From NCBI RefSeq assembly GCF_039654945.1, contig NW_027361891.1, positions 8,060,001 through 8,124,000 on the forward strand: a stretch of DNA of 64,000 nt, in the 5' to 3' direction. The notes below the pieces were generated by a model that was not told the origin of the DNA, did no database searches, and worked only from the letters and a program-made list of their open reading frames with translations. The position numbers and the translations under genes are program-made. Source of the stretch: Dendrobates tinctorius. Lineage: Eukaryota. This document shows positions 23,167 through 35,200 of the stretch, one piece after another (position 1 is the first letter of the stretch; each line of letters starts with the position of its first letter).

Positions 23167-24384
23167 CACTCACTGGCCACTTTATTAGGTACACCTGTCC
23201 AACTGTGTGTTAAGACTTAATTTCTAATCAGCCAATCACATGGCGGCAACTCAGTGCATTTAGGCATGTAGACATGGTCAAGACAATCTCCTGCAGTTCA
23301 AACCGAGCATCAGTATGGGGAAGAAAGGTGATTTGAGTGCCTTTGAACGTGGCATGATTGTTGGTGCCAGAAGGGCTGGTCTGAGTATTTCAGAAACTGC
23401 TGATCTACTGGGATTTTCACGCACAACCATCTCTAGGGTTTACAGAGAATGGTCCGAAAAAGAAAAAAAATCCAGTGAGCGGCAGTTCTGTGGCCGGAAA
23501 TGCCTTGTTGATGCCAGAGGTCAGAGGAGAATGGGCATACTGGTTCGAGCTGATAGAAAGGCAACAGTGACTCAAATTGCCACCCGTTACAACCAAGGTA
23601 GGCAGAAGAGCATCTCTGAACGCACAGTGCGTCGAACTTTGAGGCAGATGGGCTACAGCAGCAGAAGACCACACTGGGTACCACTCCTCTCAGCTAAGAA
23701 CAGGAAACTGAGGCTACAATTTGCACAAGCTCATCGAAATTGGACAGTAGAAGATTGGAAAAACGTTGCCTGGTCTGATGAGTCTCGATTTCTGCTGCGA
23801 CATTCGGATGGTAGGGTCAGAATTTGGCGTAAACAACATGAAAGCATGGATCCATCCAGCCTTGTATCAACGGTTCAGGCTGGTGGTGGTGGTGTCATGG
23901 TGTGGGGAATTTTTTCTTGGCACTCTTTGGGCCCCTTGGTACCAATTGAGCATCGTTGCAACGCCACAGCCTACCTGAGTATTGTTGCTGACCATGTCCA
24001 TCCCTTTATGACCACAATGTACCCAACATCTGATGGCTACTTTCAGCAGGATAATGCGCCATGTCATAAAGCTCGAATCATCTCAGATTGGTTTCTTGAA
24101 CATGACAATGAGTTCACTGTACTCAAATGGCCTCCTCAGTCACCAGATCTCAATCCAATAGAGAATCTTTGGGATGTGGTGGAACGGGAGATTCGCATCA
24201 GGGATGTGCAGCCGACAAATCTGCGCCAACTGTGTGATGCCATCATGTCAATATGGTCCAAAATCTCTGAGGAATGCTTCCAGCACCTTGTTGAATCTCT
24301 GCCACGAAGAATTGAGGCAGTTCTGAAGGCAAAAGGGGGTCCAACCCGTTACTAGCATGGTGTACCTAATAAAGTGGCCAGTGA

Positions 24385-24387
<3 letters not shown>
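23167..24387 (+). mobile_element. Tc1-like DD36E (Incomer-type) transposon, intact
   Basis: Perfect 29-bp TIRs cactcactggccactttattaggtacacc; 1221 bp; embedded in (TA)n on both sides. Confidence 0.95.
23315..24355 (+). CDS. DD36E transposase, 346 aa
   Basis: HTH-type N-terminus; WSDESRF, FQQDNA and SPDLNPIE motifs; 36 residues counted between the second D and E. Confidence 0.95.
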   Translation: MGKKGDLSAFERGMIVGARRAGLSISETADLLGFSRTTISRVYREWSEKEKKSSERQFCGRKCLVDARGQRRMGILVRADRKATVTQIATRYNQGRQKSISERTVRRTLRQMGYSSRRPHWVPLLSAKNRKLRLQFAQAHRNWTVEDWKNVAWSDESRFLLRHSDGRVRIWRKQHESMDPSSLVSTVQAGGGGVMVWGIFSWHSLGPLVPIEHRCNATAYLSIVADHVHPFMTTMYPTSDGYFQQDNAPCHKARIISDWFLEHDNEFTVLKWPPQSPDLNPIENLWDVVEREIRIRDVQPTNLRQLCDAIMSIWSKISEECFQHLVESLPRRIEAVLKAKGGPTRY

Positions 24388-24464
<77 letters not shown>

Positions 24465-24562
24465 TACATATATTATATACTATATATACTGTACATTGTA
24501 TACAAAGTATACATTGGCTCACACTACACAGTAGCATAATATTATTAACAATATGGAAATTA

Positions 24563-27500
24563 TTTTCCAGGTCACCACCTGACAGCACACTGGAGGACGT
24601 CCTTCTTATCTGTAGTGGGACAGGAAACCACGAGAGTTTAAAAGGATCCTCCCCCTACCATCCATTAGTGTTTTTCCTGTCCCACTGCGGATAGGAACGA
24701 TGAGAGAAGATCCGACCGTTCCACGCAGATGGTTAGGATTGGGGGGCCCAGCCTTTCCCTTCCTACCGCAAGAAGTCTTCTGCTGACACCCGACAGAGGG
24801 TCCCTCAGCCCATCCAGTGTAGCGCTGCTCGTGGAGACTGGGTCGCTTCCTCCTGATGGGGTCTCTTGACCCCAGACACCGGAGCCCGGACCGTCTCTAT
24901 GGAGTCTTCCGGCCCCACAAGCGGACCCCGGCAGCAGATCACCGCACTTTCTCCCCTCCGTGGGACGCGGTCAGGAACACGGCGCCGTGCCGGGGGACCG
25001 GGGCGCGTCATCAGAGCGGGAGCGTGCCACAGACCGGGGGCGCGTCACTTCCAGTCGCGTCATCAGCCGGGGCGCGTTGCTTCCGGTTGCGTCGCACTGC
25101 GTAACTTCTGGTCGGCGACTGCCCGGCGTCACAAGCCGCAGGCGGTATAGGCCCACCAGAGAGGTGGGCAGGCTCCAAGGAGAGGATTGGCAGCACGGAT
25201 CGGCAGCGCGCAACAGGCAGCGGTACGCAGGGCTCTGCTGCAGTTGGAGGAGCCGGACGCGGTTCCCAAGGTTTACACGTCTGTGTCTTTACAGCACAGG
25301 CAGCCACAGTATTCCTCTCTACCAGGATGGAGGAGGAAAAGACTGAGACGGGAGCAGAGAGCCAGGGTCACGTGAGTAGCCTCAAAAGAGAGGTCGCTGC
25401 AGGGCCCCAGTAAGACACACCTCACAGAGCACGTATTTTATATGTTCCAGGGGGAACCTCCACCTCAGAGAGAAAGGAGCCCAAGAGGAAGGATAAGAAG
25501 TGTCCAGTTTGCTCTAAGAAGCTAAAGGACACGTGGCAAAAAAACCCTCTGCGATGCATGTACAAAACACATAGTGGGGGAGGAACAAGCTACACTCATG
25601 TCTAACATGAGAGCAATAATTAGGGAAGAAGTACAGGCCTCGGTATCCAGCCTAGCCACCTCCCAGACACCGCAGGTGAACCCCCAGTTATCCAAAAGGA
25701 GGCAGAGGGAATCTGACACGTCTTCCGAAGATATCCTGTCCGAATCAGACGCAGAAGTGGAGGAAATCAGAGAGCACCCAGAAAGGGGAAGGAAATACCT
25801 TTTCTCATCAGGGGATACGGACGAGCTACTGGGGGCAGTGCGGCAGACTATGCAGATTGAGGAACCCCCGGCTACCCTCTCAATACAGGACGAGATGTTC
25901 GGGGGGTTACGCTCCCAGACTTCGATGGTCTTCCCAGTAAACACCCATATACGGGCAATGATATTGGACGAATGGGAGGAAGCAGAGAAGAGATTGACTA
26001 TCCCCAGAGAGTTCAGACTTCGCCTGCCGTTGGACCCAGAGGAGGTCAAGGTTTGGGAGGAGGTCCCTAAGATAGACAGCCCAGTGGCGAAGGTATCAAA
26101 AAAGACGGCGATTCCTTTCGAGGACTCCTCAAGCTTGAAGGAGCCCCTAGATCGGAAGGCAGATGGACTCTTAAAAAGGGCCTGGGAGAGTTCAGCAGCG
26201 GTCATAAAAATGAATATAGCCGCGACATCAGTGGCACGCTCCATGCATCTATGGATAGATGATTTGGAGGAGCACCTGTTAGATAGAACTCCGAGAGAAA
26301 CTATCCTGAGGTCCCTCCCCTTACTAAAATTAGCTACTGGGGTTTTGGCTGACGCCTCGGCGTAGTCTGTTAGGTTCACGGCCAGAAGCCAGTCCTTGTC
26401 CAACACAGCCAGAAGGGCTATCTGGCTTAATAGTTGGTGACATGCAGTCAAAGAATAAGCTATGATCAATTCTCTTATCGGGGGGGGGTAGAGTTTTCGG
26501 GCCCGTGCTCGATGATATCTTGGAGAAGGCATCAGATGAAAAAAAGGGGTTCCCTGAAGAGAAACATAAAAGATACCAGCCCTTTCGTAGACCCCGTTAC
26601 AACCAAAGAACGGACTACAGAGGGAAGGGGAAGTCGGGTCGATGGAGCTACCCCAAAGGGGGCGAGGGTAGAAGTAGGAATAGAGATATCATCTTCTCCG
26701 GCCCAAGGTCCAGCTCCCGAAAAAAATGACGCAACCAGAGTAGGGGGGCGATTGCTCAAGTTCAGGGGAAAATGGCAGGAGGTTACCTCCAGCCCCTGGG
26801 TACTACAAGTCATTTCTCTGGGGTACAGGATAGAATTCAAGTCCCTGCCCCCAAACAGATTTTTAGTGACCAGTTCTCGACTCAATTCATCTTCCCCCAT
26901 GTGGTTGGACATCCAGGATCTCCTGGAGATGGAAGCAATTACGCCAGTACCCGCCCAGGAAGAAAGGAGAGGACACTACTCGAGCCTCTTCGCAATAAAA
27001 AAAACCCTCTGGGGAGACCAGAACCATAATAAATCTCAAGCCCCTAAACAAGTGGGTAGCATACAAACGCTTCAAAATGGAATCAATAAGATCCACGTTT
27101 CCGCTTCTGGGAAAAGCGGCTGTAATGTGCACGCTCGATCTAAAAAGCGCGTATTACCACGTCCCCATCCACCCAGATCACCAAAAATATCTTAGGTTTG
27201 CGGTCGAAAGGAACGGCAGGATACACCATTATCAGTTTCGCTGCCTACCCTTCGGCCTAGAATCAGCCCCAAGAGTCTTCACAATAGTAATGGTAGAAGT
27301 ACTGGCCTACCTAAGAGCCCGAAACATCACGGTGGTCCCGTATCTAGACGACTTATTATAGCCGATTCAGCAACCCAGCTCAGAGTCGACTGTCAGTCCT
27401 CAATCTCCACGCTGCAGAGTTTGGGTTGGATCATAAATTGGTCAAAGTCAGATCTCATACCCAAGTCCAGAATAACCCTTTTTGGGGGTCATGCTAGACT

Positions 27501-30500
27501 CTGAAAGAAGAATGTCCTATCTACCAGTCGAAAGCAGGCCAGCATGCCAAAGAAGATTTGTCAGTTCTCAAAAAACCGGGTATCGATCAGGGACGCAATG
27601 AGAGTCCTGGGGCTGATGACTTCGTGCATTTCCTGCGTCAGATGGAGTCAGTTCACTCCCGCGACCTACAACGGGCAGTCCTAGCGTCCTGTGACAGAAG
27701 GCAGAGCTCACTGGACAAGAAAATACAATTAGTCCCCCGGGCCAGAAGGTCGCTGTTGTGGTGGACCATTCCGAGAAACATAAAAATCGGTGTCTCATGG
27801 GATCAGTCCCCGGAGGTCATGGTGACAACGGATGCGAGTTTGTACGGCTGGGGCGGACAAGTCGCAGAAAAATACTACCAGGGACGATGGAGTCCAGAGG
27901 ACAGCAAGAAATCCTCCAACTTCAGAGAACTACACGCAGTCTGGAAGGAACTGCTTGTCGGCTGGTCTCGCGTAAAGAACAAGCACGTCAAAATACTGTC
28001 AGACAATACCACGACAGTAGCCTTTCTCCGCCACCAAGGCGGACCAAGACACCCGACACTGCAGGCCTTAGGAGAGCAGATCTTCAGATGGGCAGAGAGG
28101 GAGGTCCTCTCAATCTCAGCCGTGCATCTGGAGGGCACCCGGAACCAGGTCGCGGACTTCCTCAGCAGAAGAAGAATAACCGCAACAGACTGAGAACTCA
28201 ACGACGAAGTGTTCAGCAGCCTGTGCGACCATTGGGGACAAACGGAACGCAAAAGTCAGGGCCTTCTACTCCCTGAACCTCTGGGACACCCGACAGGGAT
28301 AGACGCTCTATCACAGTCCTAGTTATAAAAGGATAGGGAAAATGAAGGGAAGTCAGCTCACCAGTCTCAGTTGCGATCCATAATCCTCCTGCGCATGGAG
28401 TCACCTTGATCAGGGGGCGTTGACTGAAGCAAAATAAAGGATGGAATCTCCAGCGCTGGACTTCAGTTAAAAATTAATCATTTATTATAAATTCTTAAAA
28501 TCGGACAGAAAAAAGTATGAATAAGGACATACAGGCAGAAGGGGTCTCTGGTGGTCTCCAACCAACGCGTTTCGACCTAGAGGGTCTTACTCATCGTTCA
28601 CACTAGACCAGTACTGACAACTACAAATAATACAAAGACTGGTAAATCACAGGTGTTGGACAAAAGAATTAATGAAAATAGGGAGTATCCCTATCAGTTA
28701 ACTCTTGCAAAACACTCAGCCTAATGTGGAGCTGAAATATACATTACCCTTTTACCATTAGTAAATGAAATAATGTAAACAAAAACTTATCGGAAAAACA
28801 GGAAAAAATAAAAACTAATGAAAAGATATAAGAATATAATGAATGGCAAAAAAATAAAATAAATCACAGTCCTGGAGCAGAGGCCTGTTGTAGGCCTTCC
28901 CTCCTCTAGCTCTCATTCCACGGGTCCTTAGGAAAATCTGCGAGGACAGAGCCAGGGTCATATTGGTGGTCCCCTATTGGCCAAGAAGAAGTTGGTTTCC
29001 CCTACTAAGGAAAATATCGGGCGAGGAACCCATTCTCCTTCCAAGAAGAGAAGACCTCCTCCATCAGGGTCCGGTCCTACACCAAAGGCCGGAGGCACTC
29101 CAACTATCAGCCTCGATCCTGAGTGGCAGGTCCTAAGAGCAAGGGGTCTATCGGACGAAGTCATTTCTACACTACAAGCAAGCAGAAAACTCGTGACCGC
29201 AGCAATATATAACAAGATCTGGAAAAAGTTCTGCAGCTTTTGTGGAGAGGCGACAATCAAAACTGACCAACCCAACATCCCGAAGATACTTGATTTCTTG
29301 CAGGCAGGGTTCAAAAAGGGCCTTAGACCCAGCACTCTGAGAGTGCAGACCGCAGCCTTGAGCGTGTTCTATGACACAACCCTATCATCACACCCGTTGA
29401 TAGCCCGGTTCTCGAGAGCGGTACAGAGGCTTAAACCCTTAATAAGAAAGACCGTCCCTCCCTGGGACCTTAACCTAGTCCTCAATGCGCTATGTAAACA
29501 GCCATAACAGCTAGGAGCAGAGATAAATATTGGTAATCTCTCACTCAAAACAGCCTTTCTGGTAGCAGTTACCTCAGCCAAGAGATTAGGAGAACTGCAG
29601 GCCCTATCGACCCAAGACCCCTACTTACAAGTATTTAGTGACCGATTAGTCCTAAGACTCGACCTGGCCTTTCTACCCAAGGTTATCTCAAACTCAAACA
29701 TGAATCAGCAGGTAGTATTCCCTTCCTTTTTTCAGTCCCCCAAGAATAACAGGGAAAAAGCGTACCATAACCTGGACGTAAGGGAAACGGTACTCGGGTA
29801 TCTGGATGCAACCAGACCCTGGAGGCAGGACAACGATCTTTGTCCAATATAGAGGCCCGAATAAGGGTAAAAAGGCGTCGAAATCTACAATAGAAAGGTG
29901 GATTAGATCCACTATTAGCATAGCCTATAGAGCACAAGGTCAGAATCCCCTGGGGAGCCTTAGAGCCCACTGAACTAGGGCCATGGCTGCATCATGGGCA
30001 GAGAGGGGGGGAGCCTCGGCAGAACAGATCTGCAGGGCAGCGTCTTGGGCCAGTCTTAGTACTTTCTCCAAGCACTATAAACTAGACGTGACATCCACAC
30101 AATTAGCATTTGGGAGAAAAGTACTCCATGCAGTAGTCCCGCCCTAGGACCAATATCCTTTGGTACTACTCCAGTGTGCTGTCAGGTGGTGACCTGGAAA
30201 ATGGTAATTAGACCTACCGGTAATTGTGTTTCCAGGAATCCATCCTGACAGCACTATTAGTTCCCTCCCGATCACACTTTCCATACAACTGTGATGTAAC
30301 ATGTGTATGAAGAATGTTGGTTTAAATAAAGACTATGTTTGCATCCATCCAGATGTTACTTTGTGAAATCACTGAAGGATGGTAGGGGGAGGATCCTTTT
30401 AAACTCTCGTGGTTCCCTGTCCCACTACGGATAAGAAGGACGTCCTCCAGTGTGCTGTCAGGATGGATTCCTGGAAACACAATTATCGGTAGGTCTAATT

Positions 30501-30507
30501 ACCGTTT
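24563..30507 (+). mobile_element. DIRS1-type retrotransposon C, full length but decayed
   Basis: Left end ttttccaggtcaccacctgacagcac; ICR ~30170-30254; right end ...taattaccgttt. gag, RT (YLDD), RNase H and YR fragments carry stops and frameshifts. Confidence 0.93.
28321..28862 (-). mobile_element. Insertion in DIRS C, probably Penelope-like
   Basis: 11-bp TSD atcacagtcct (28310-28320, 28863-28873). Minus-strand motif gatgagtaa-gacc..ggtc-gaaacgcgt. The insertion is certain; the family assignment is tentative. Confidence 0.6.
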
Positions 30508-30668
30508 ATTTTGGCAGTAAGGTAGTTTTAGTGTTCTATTTTAAGAATAGGAACTTTAGATGTACTGTAATATTTCGAGTTCTCTGACCAAGTATGTGTA
30601 GTAGGATTTGTATTACCCAAAACTCGTATCCACTTACTGTTTTACATAACTATTATGATGAGCGAGTA

Positions 30669-32294
30669 CAGTTAGGTCCATATATATTTGGACAGAGACA
30701 ACATTTTTCTAATTTTGGTTCTAGACATTACCACAATGAATTTTAAACAAAACCATTCAGATGCAGTTGAAGTTCAGACTTTCAGCTTTCATTTGAGGGT
30801 ATCCACATTAAAATTGGATGAAGGGTTTAGGAGTTTCAGCCACCCTGTTTTTAAAGGGACCAAAAGTAATTGGACAGATTAATTGTAAATAAAATGTTCA
30901 TTTCTAGTACTTGGTTGAAAACCCTTTGTTAGCAATGACTGCCTTAAGTCTTGAACTCATGGACATCAGCAGACGATGTGTTTCCTCCTTTTTGATGCTG
31001 TGCCAGGCCTTCACTGCGGTGGTTTTCAGTTGCTGTTTGTTGGCCTTTCTGTCTGAAGTTTAGTCTTTAACAAGTGAAATGCATGCTCAATTGGGTTGAG
31101 ATCAGGTGACTGACTTGGCCATTCAAGAATATTCCACTTCTTTGCTTTAATAAACTCCTGGGTTGCTTTGGCTTTATGTTTTGGGTCATTGTCCATCTGT
31201 AGTAGGAAACGACGACCAATCAGTTTGGCTGCATTTGACTAGATCTGAGCACACAGTATGGCTCTGAATACCTCAGAATTCATTTGGCTGCTTCTGTCCT
31301 GTGTCACATCATCAATAAACACCAGTGACCCAGTGCCACTGGCAGCCATGCATGCCCAAGCCATCACACTGCCTCTGCCGTGTTTTACAGATGATGTGGT
31401 ATGCTTTGGATCATGAGCTGTACCACGCCTTTGCCATACTTTTCTCTTTCCATCATTCTGGTAGATGTTGAACTTGGTTTCATCTGTCCAAAGAATGTTC
31501 TTTCAGAACTGTGCTGGCATTTTTAGATGTTTTTTTAGCAAAGTCCAGTCTAGCCTTTTTATTCTTGATGCTTATGAGTGGCTTGCACTGTGCAGTGAAC
31601 CCTCTGTATTTACTTTCATGCAGTCTTCTCTTTATGGTAGATTTGGATATTGATACGCCTACCTCCTGGAGAGTGTTGTTCACTTGGTTGGCTGTTGTGA
31701 AGGGGTTTCTCTTCACCATGGAGATTATTCTGCGATCTTCCACCACTGTTGTCTTCCGTGGGCTCCCAGGTCTTTTTGCATTAATGAGTTCACCAGTGCT
31801 AGCTTTCTTTCTCAGGATGTACCAAACTGTAGATTTGCCACTCCTAATGTTGTAGCAATTTCTCGGATGGGTTTTTTCTGCTTTTGCAGCTTAAGGATGG
31901 CTTGTTTCACCTGCATGGAGAGCTCTTTTGACCGCATGTTTCCTTCACAGCAAAACCTTGCAAATGCAAGCACCACACCTCAAATCAACTCCAGGCCTTT
32001 TATCTGCTAAATTGAGGATGACATAACGAAGGGATTGCCCACAACTGTCCATGAAATAGCCTTGGAGTCAATTGTCCAATTACTTTTGGTCCCTTTGAAA
32101 ACATGGTGGCACATGTTAAGGAGCTGAAACTCCTAAACCCTTAATCCAATTTTAATGTGGATACGCTCAAATGAAAGCTGAAAGTCTGAACTTCAACTGC
32201 ATCTGAATTGTTTTGTTTAAAATTCATTGTGGTAATGTCTAGAACCATAACTAGAAAAATGTTGTCCCTGTCCAAATATATATGGACCTAACTG
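30669..32294 (-). mobile_element. Decayed Tc1 transposon with long (~210-bp) TIRs
   Basis: ta|cagttaggtccata...tatggacctaactg|ta. Minus-strand fragments EDRRII..KRRLH..KPL; disrupted by frameshifts and internal deletion. Confidence 0.88.
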
Positions 32295-35200
32295 TATATG
32301 CTGATTTGGTCATATGCAAAATGTGTATGTTTGCCCTTATTTATTTGTTGTTTAACCCCTTAGTGACAGAGCCAGTTTGCAGCTTAATGACCAGGCCAAT
32401 TTTTACAATTCTGACAACTGTCACTTTATGAGGTTATAACTCTGGAACGCTTTAATGGATCATGCTGATTCTGAGATTGTTTTTTCGTGACATATTGTAC
32501 TTCATGTTAGTGGTAAAATTTCTTTGATATGTCTTGTTTATTTATGAAAAAAACGGAAACATGGTGAAAATTTTGCAATTTTAAAACTTTAAATTTTGAT
32601 GCCCTTAAATCAGAGAGATGTGTCACACAAATTTCTTAATAAATAACATTTCCCACATGTCTGCTTTACATCAGCACAATTTTGGAAGCAAATTTTTTTT
32701 TTTTGTTAGGAAGTTATAGGGGTTAAAAGTTGACCAGCGATTTCTCATTTTTACAACAAAATTTACAAAACCATTTTTTTTTAGGGACCACATCATATTT
32801 AAAGTCATTTTGAGGGGTGTACATGACAGAAAATACCCAAAATTGACACCGTTCTAAAACTAGACCCCTCAAGGTGCTCAAAACCACATTCAAGAAGTTT
32901 ATTAACCCTTTACGTGCTTCACAGGAACTAAAGCAATGTGGAAGGAAAAAATTAACATTTAACTTTTTTTTGCAAAAAATTTGCTTCAGAACCAATTATT
33001 TTTATTTTCACAAGTGTTAAAAGAGAAAATGAACCACAAAATTTGTTGTGCAATTTCTCCTGAATACGCCGATACCCCATATGTGGGGGTAAACCACTTT
33101 TCTCGTTCGCCTTATTGGGGGACACAGAGACCTTGGGTGTATGCTGCTGCCACTAGGAGGCTGACACTATGCACAAAAAAAGTTAGCTCCTCCTCCGCAG
33201 TGTACACCCCACCGACCGGCAGAGAATTCCTCTGTTTAGCTTAGTGTCAGTAGCAGGTGGACACGGGTCTTTTATTAGACCCATATCTACCTCGTCGTGC
33301 GTCGTTCCTTTTCAGGTTCTACGGAGGGATACAGAGTGAAAAGTCACATCTGTACTCCCACATGGAGTCTGCAAGTACGGCGTGTACTGCCACCCCGTAT
33401 CCTTGCAGTTCTCCGCGGCAGGACCAGCCAGACGGACGCCGACACCAAGACGTGCCAGCGACTCCAGGGGTCCTTGTCGCCAGTCTCCCTCCCACTCGCC
33501 TACCAGAGCCTGTCGGTTGGATGAGACGCAAGACTTCTTCAGACAGGTAACGGATCGTGGATGGGTGAGTATTAGGCCCCGGCTTCATATTTATTTACCT
33601 GGCTGCCCATTCCCGACGGTCACCTCTTCAATGGTCACAGGGGTAGGCGCTGCGGTCGCTCGCAGTCGCCACAAGGCTATAGGCAGCTCAATGTTGCTGG
33701 GCATCCCCCCCTTCCCTCCCCCCTTTCTGGGTACAGGGAGCACAGGGTTTTTTCCCATTGGGAGCGACTTGCGACTGCGGCGTTCCACTTTTTCGGACCT
33801 CCGCGCCGACCCCCTGCTGACAGGCGGCCGCCGCAACTAATTTAGGCCCCGGCTTCAGTTCGGGCCTACCGCTGCGTCGCGGCCATGCCCCCCGCCCCTT
33901 TCTTCTAAGCGGGCTTCTCTCCCGCTCTTCCCAGGCCCTCCCACCGCCTGTCCTTCACCTGCCCAGCCTGTTATTGGCTAGAGGGCGGTGAATCGTTAAC
34001 CCTGCGTGGTGCTCCGCCCTCCCTCCTCTCCTAAGGCGCGCTTTTTCTCAGGACGGCGCCATTTTCCCAGCCTGTTAGCCGGGCACCAGCTCCTCACTGG
34101 ACAGCATCTTCTCCAGCTGGTTTTTTTCAGGAGGTCTGTCGGCCGGATTTCGCTCTAACCTGCATCCATTGACAGGTCGCAGAGCATCGCTTCTGGGGAC
34201 ACCGGACCGTGAGTAGCTCTGCACTGCAGACTGACCCTTCTCCGCCCTCTGTCCCCCAACCTTCCGGCATTACCTCAGCTTTTCACTATGTCTAAGTCTG
34301 ATCGTACCCGCTCTACCGCCCCCCCCTGCACTTTAGTCAAGTACTTTGCATGTTCTTCGTGCAATCGCAAACTTCCCTCAGGCCAGTCCACTCCCCTCTG
34401 CCTGGATTGTAGCAATCCAATTCAGCCTGACGCCGTCCAGGATCCATCTGCGGCCCCAGGTGAGAGTGAGCCCCCCATGCCTGGCTGGGCCTCCTTGCTA
34501 TCTCAATCAGTGGCAGACCTCACCAAGGGTGTCTCCGTCCCTGGTGGCCGTTCTTGATAGGTTGCCCCTGGACTCTTCAGCAGGGCCAAGCAGGTCCCAA
34601 ATTGTTCCATCTGAATCAGCCAGCGGTAGTCGCAAAAGACCCAGGCAAGATTCCCAGCCGGAATCCTCTCCTAGTCCCATCTCACCGCATAGCCCTTCTC
34701 ACCAGCCTCTCTCTCGGGCCTCCTCTCCCGAGTCAGGGGAAGCGCTTTCGGACAGGTCATCTGAGGGGATTTTAGAGCTGGATTCAGACCAGGATGCAAG
34801 CATGAAGGTCACAGTGCAGGACCTCATTGCTGCGATCCATCATACCTTCGATATTGCTGACTCCCCTGCGAAATCCTCAGATCAGGAGGTTTCGTTCAGA
34901 CGGGCAGAAACTCCCTCCAGGGTTTTTCCTTTCCATTCCCAGTTTGGGAAAATTTTTACCAAGGAAAGAGAGGATCCGACCAGACGCTTTCAAAGAGGAA
35001 AACGTCTCGGCATACTCTACCCATTTGCTAAGGAGCTCACGGACAACTGGTCGGCCTCTCCCTCGGTCGATCCGCCCGTGTCCAGGCTATCCAATAACAC
35101 GGTTCTCCCGCTTTCAGGCGTGGCGTCCCTAAAGGATTCTAATGACAGGATTATAGAATCCCTGGCGAAGTCTGCCTTTGAAGCGGCTTCAGCGGCGGTG

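Noticed and set aside
23067-23169. YIYIYI N-terminus of the 280-aa ORF and similar ORFs near 24250-24700
   Set aside because: These are translations of (TA)n microsatellite; only the L2 RT part is real.
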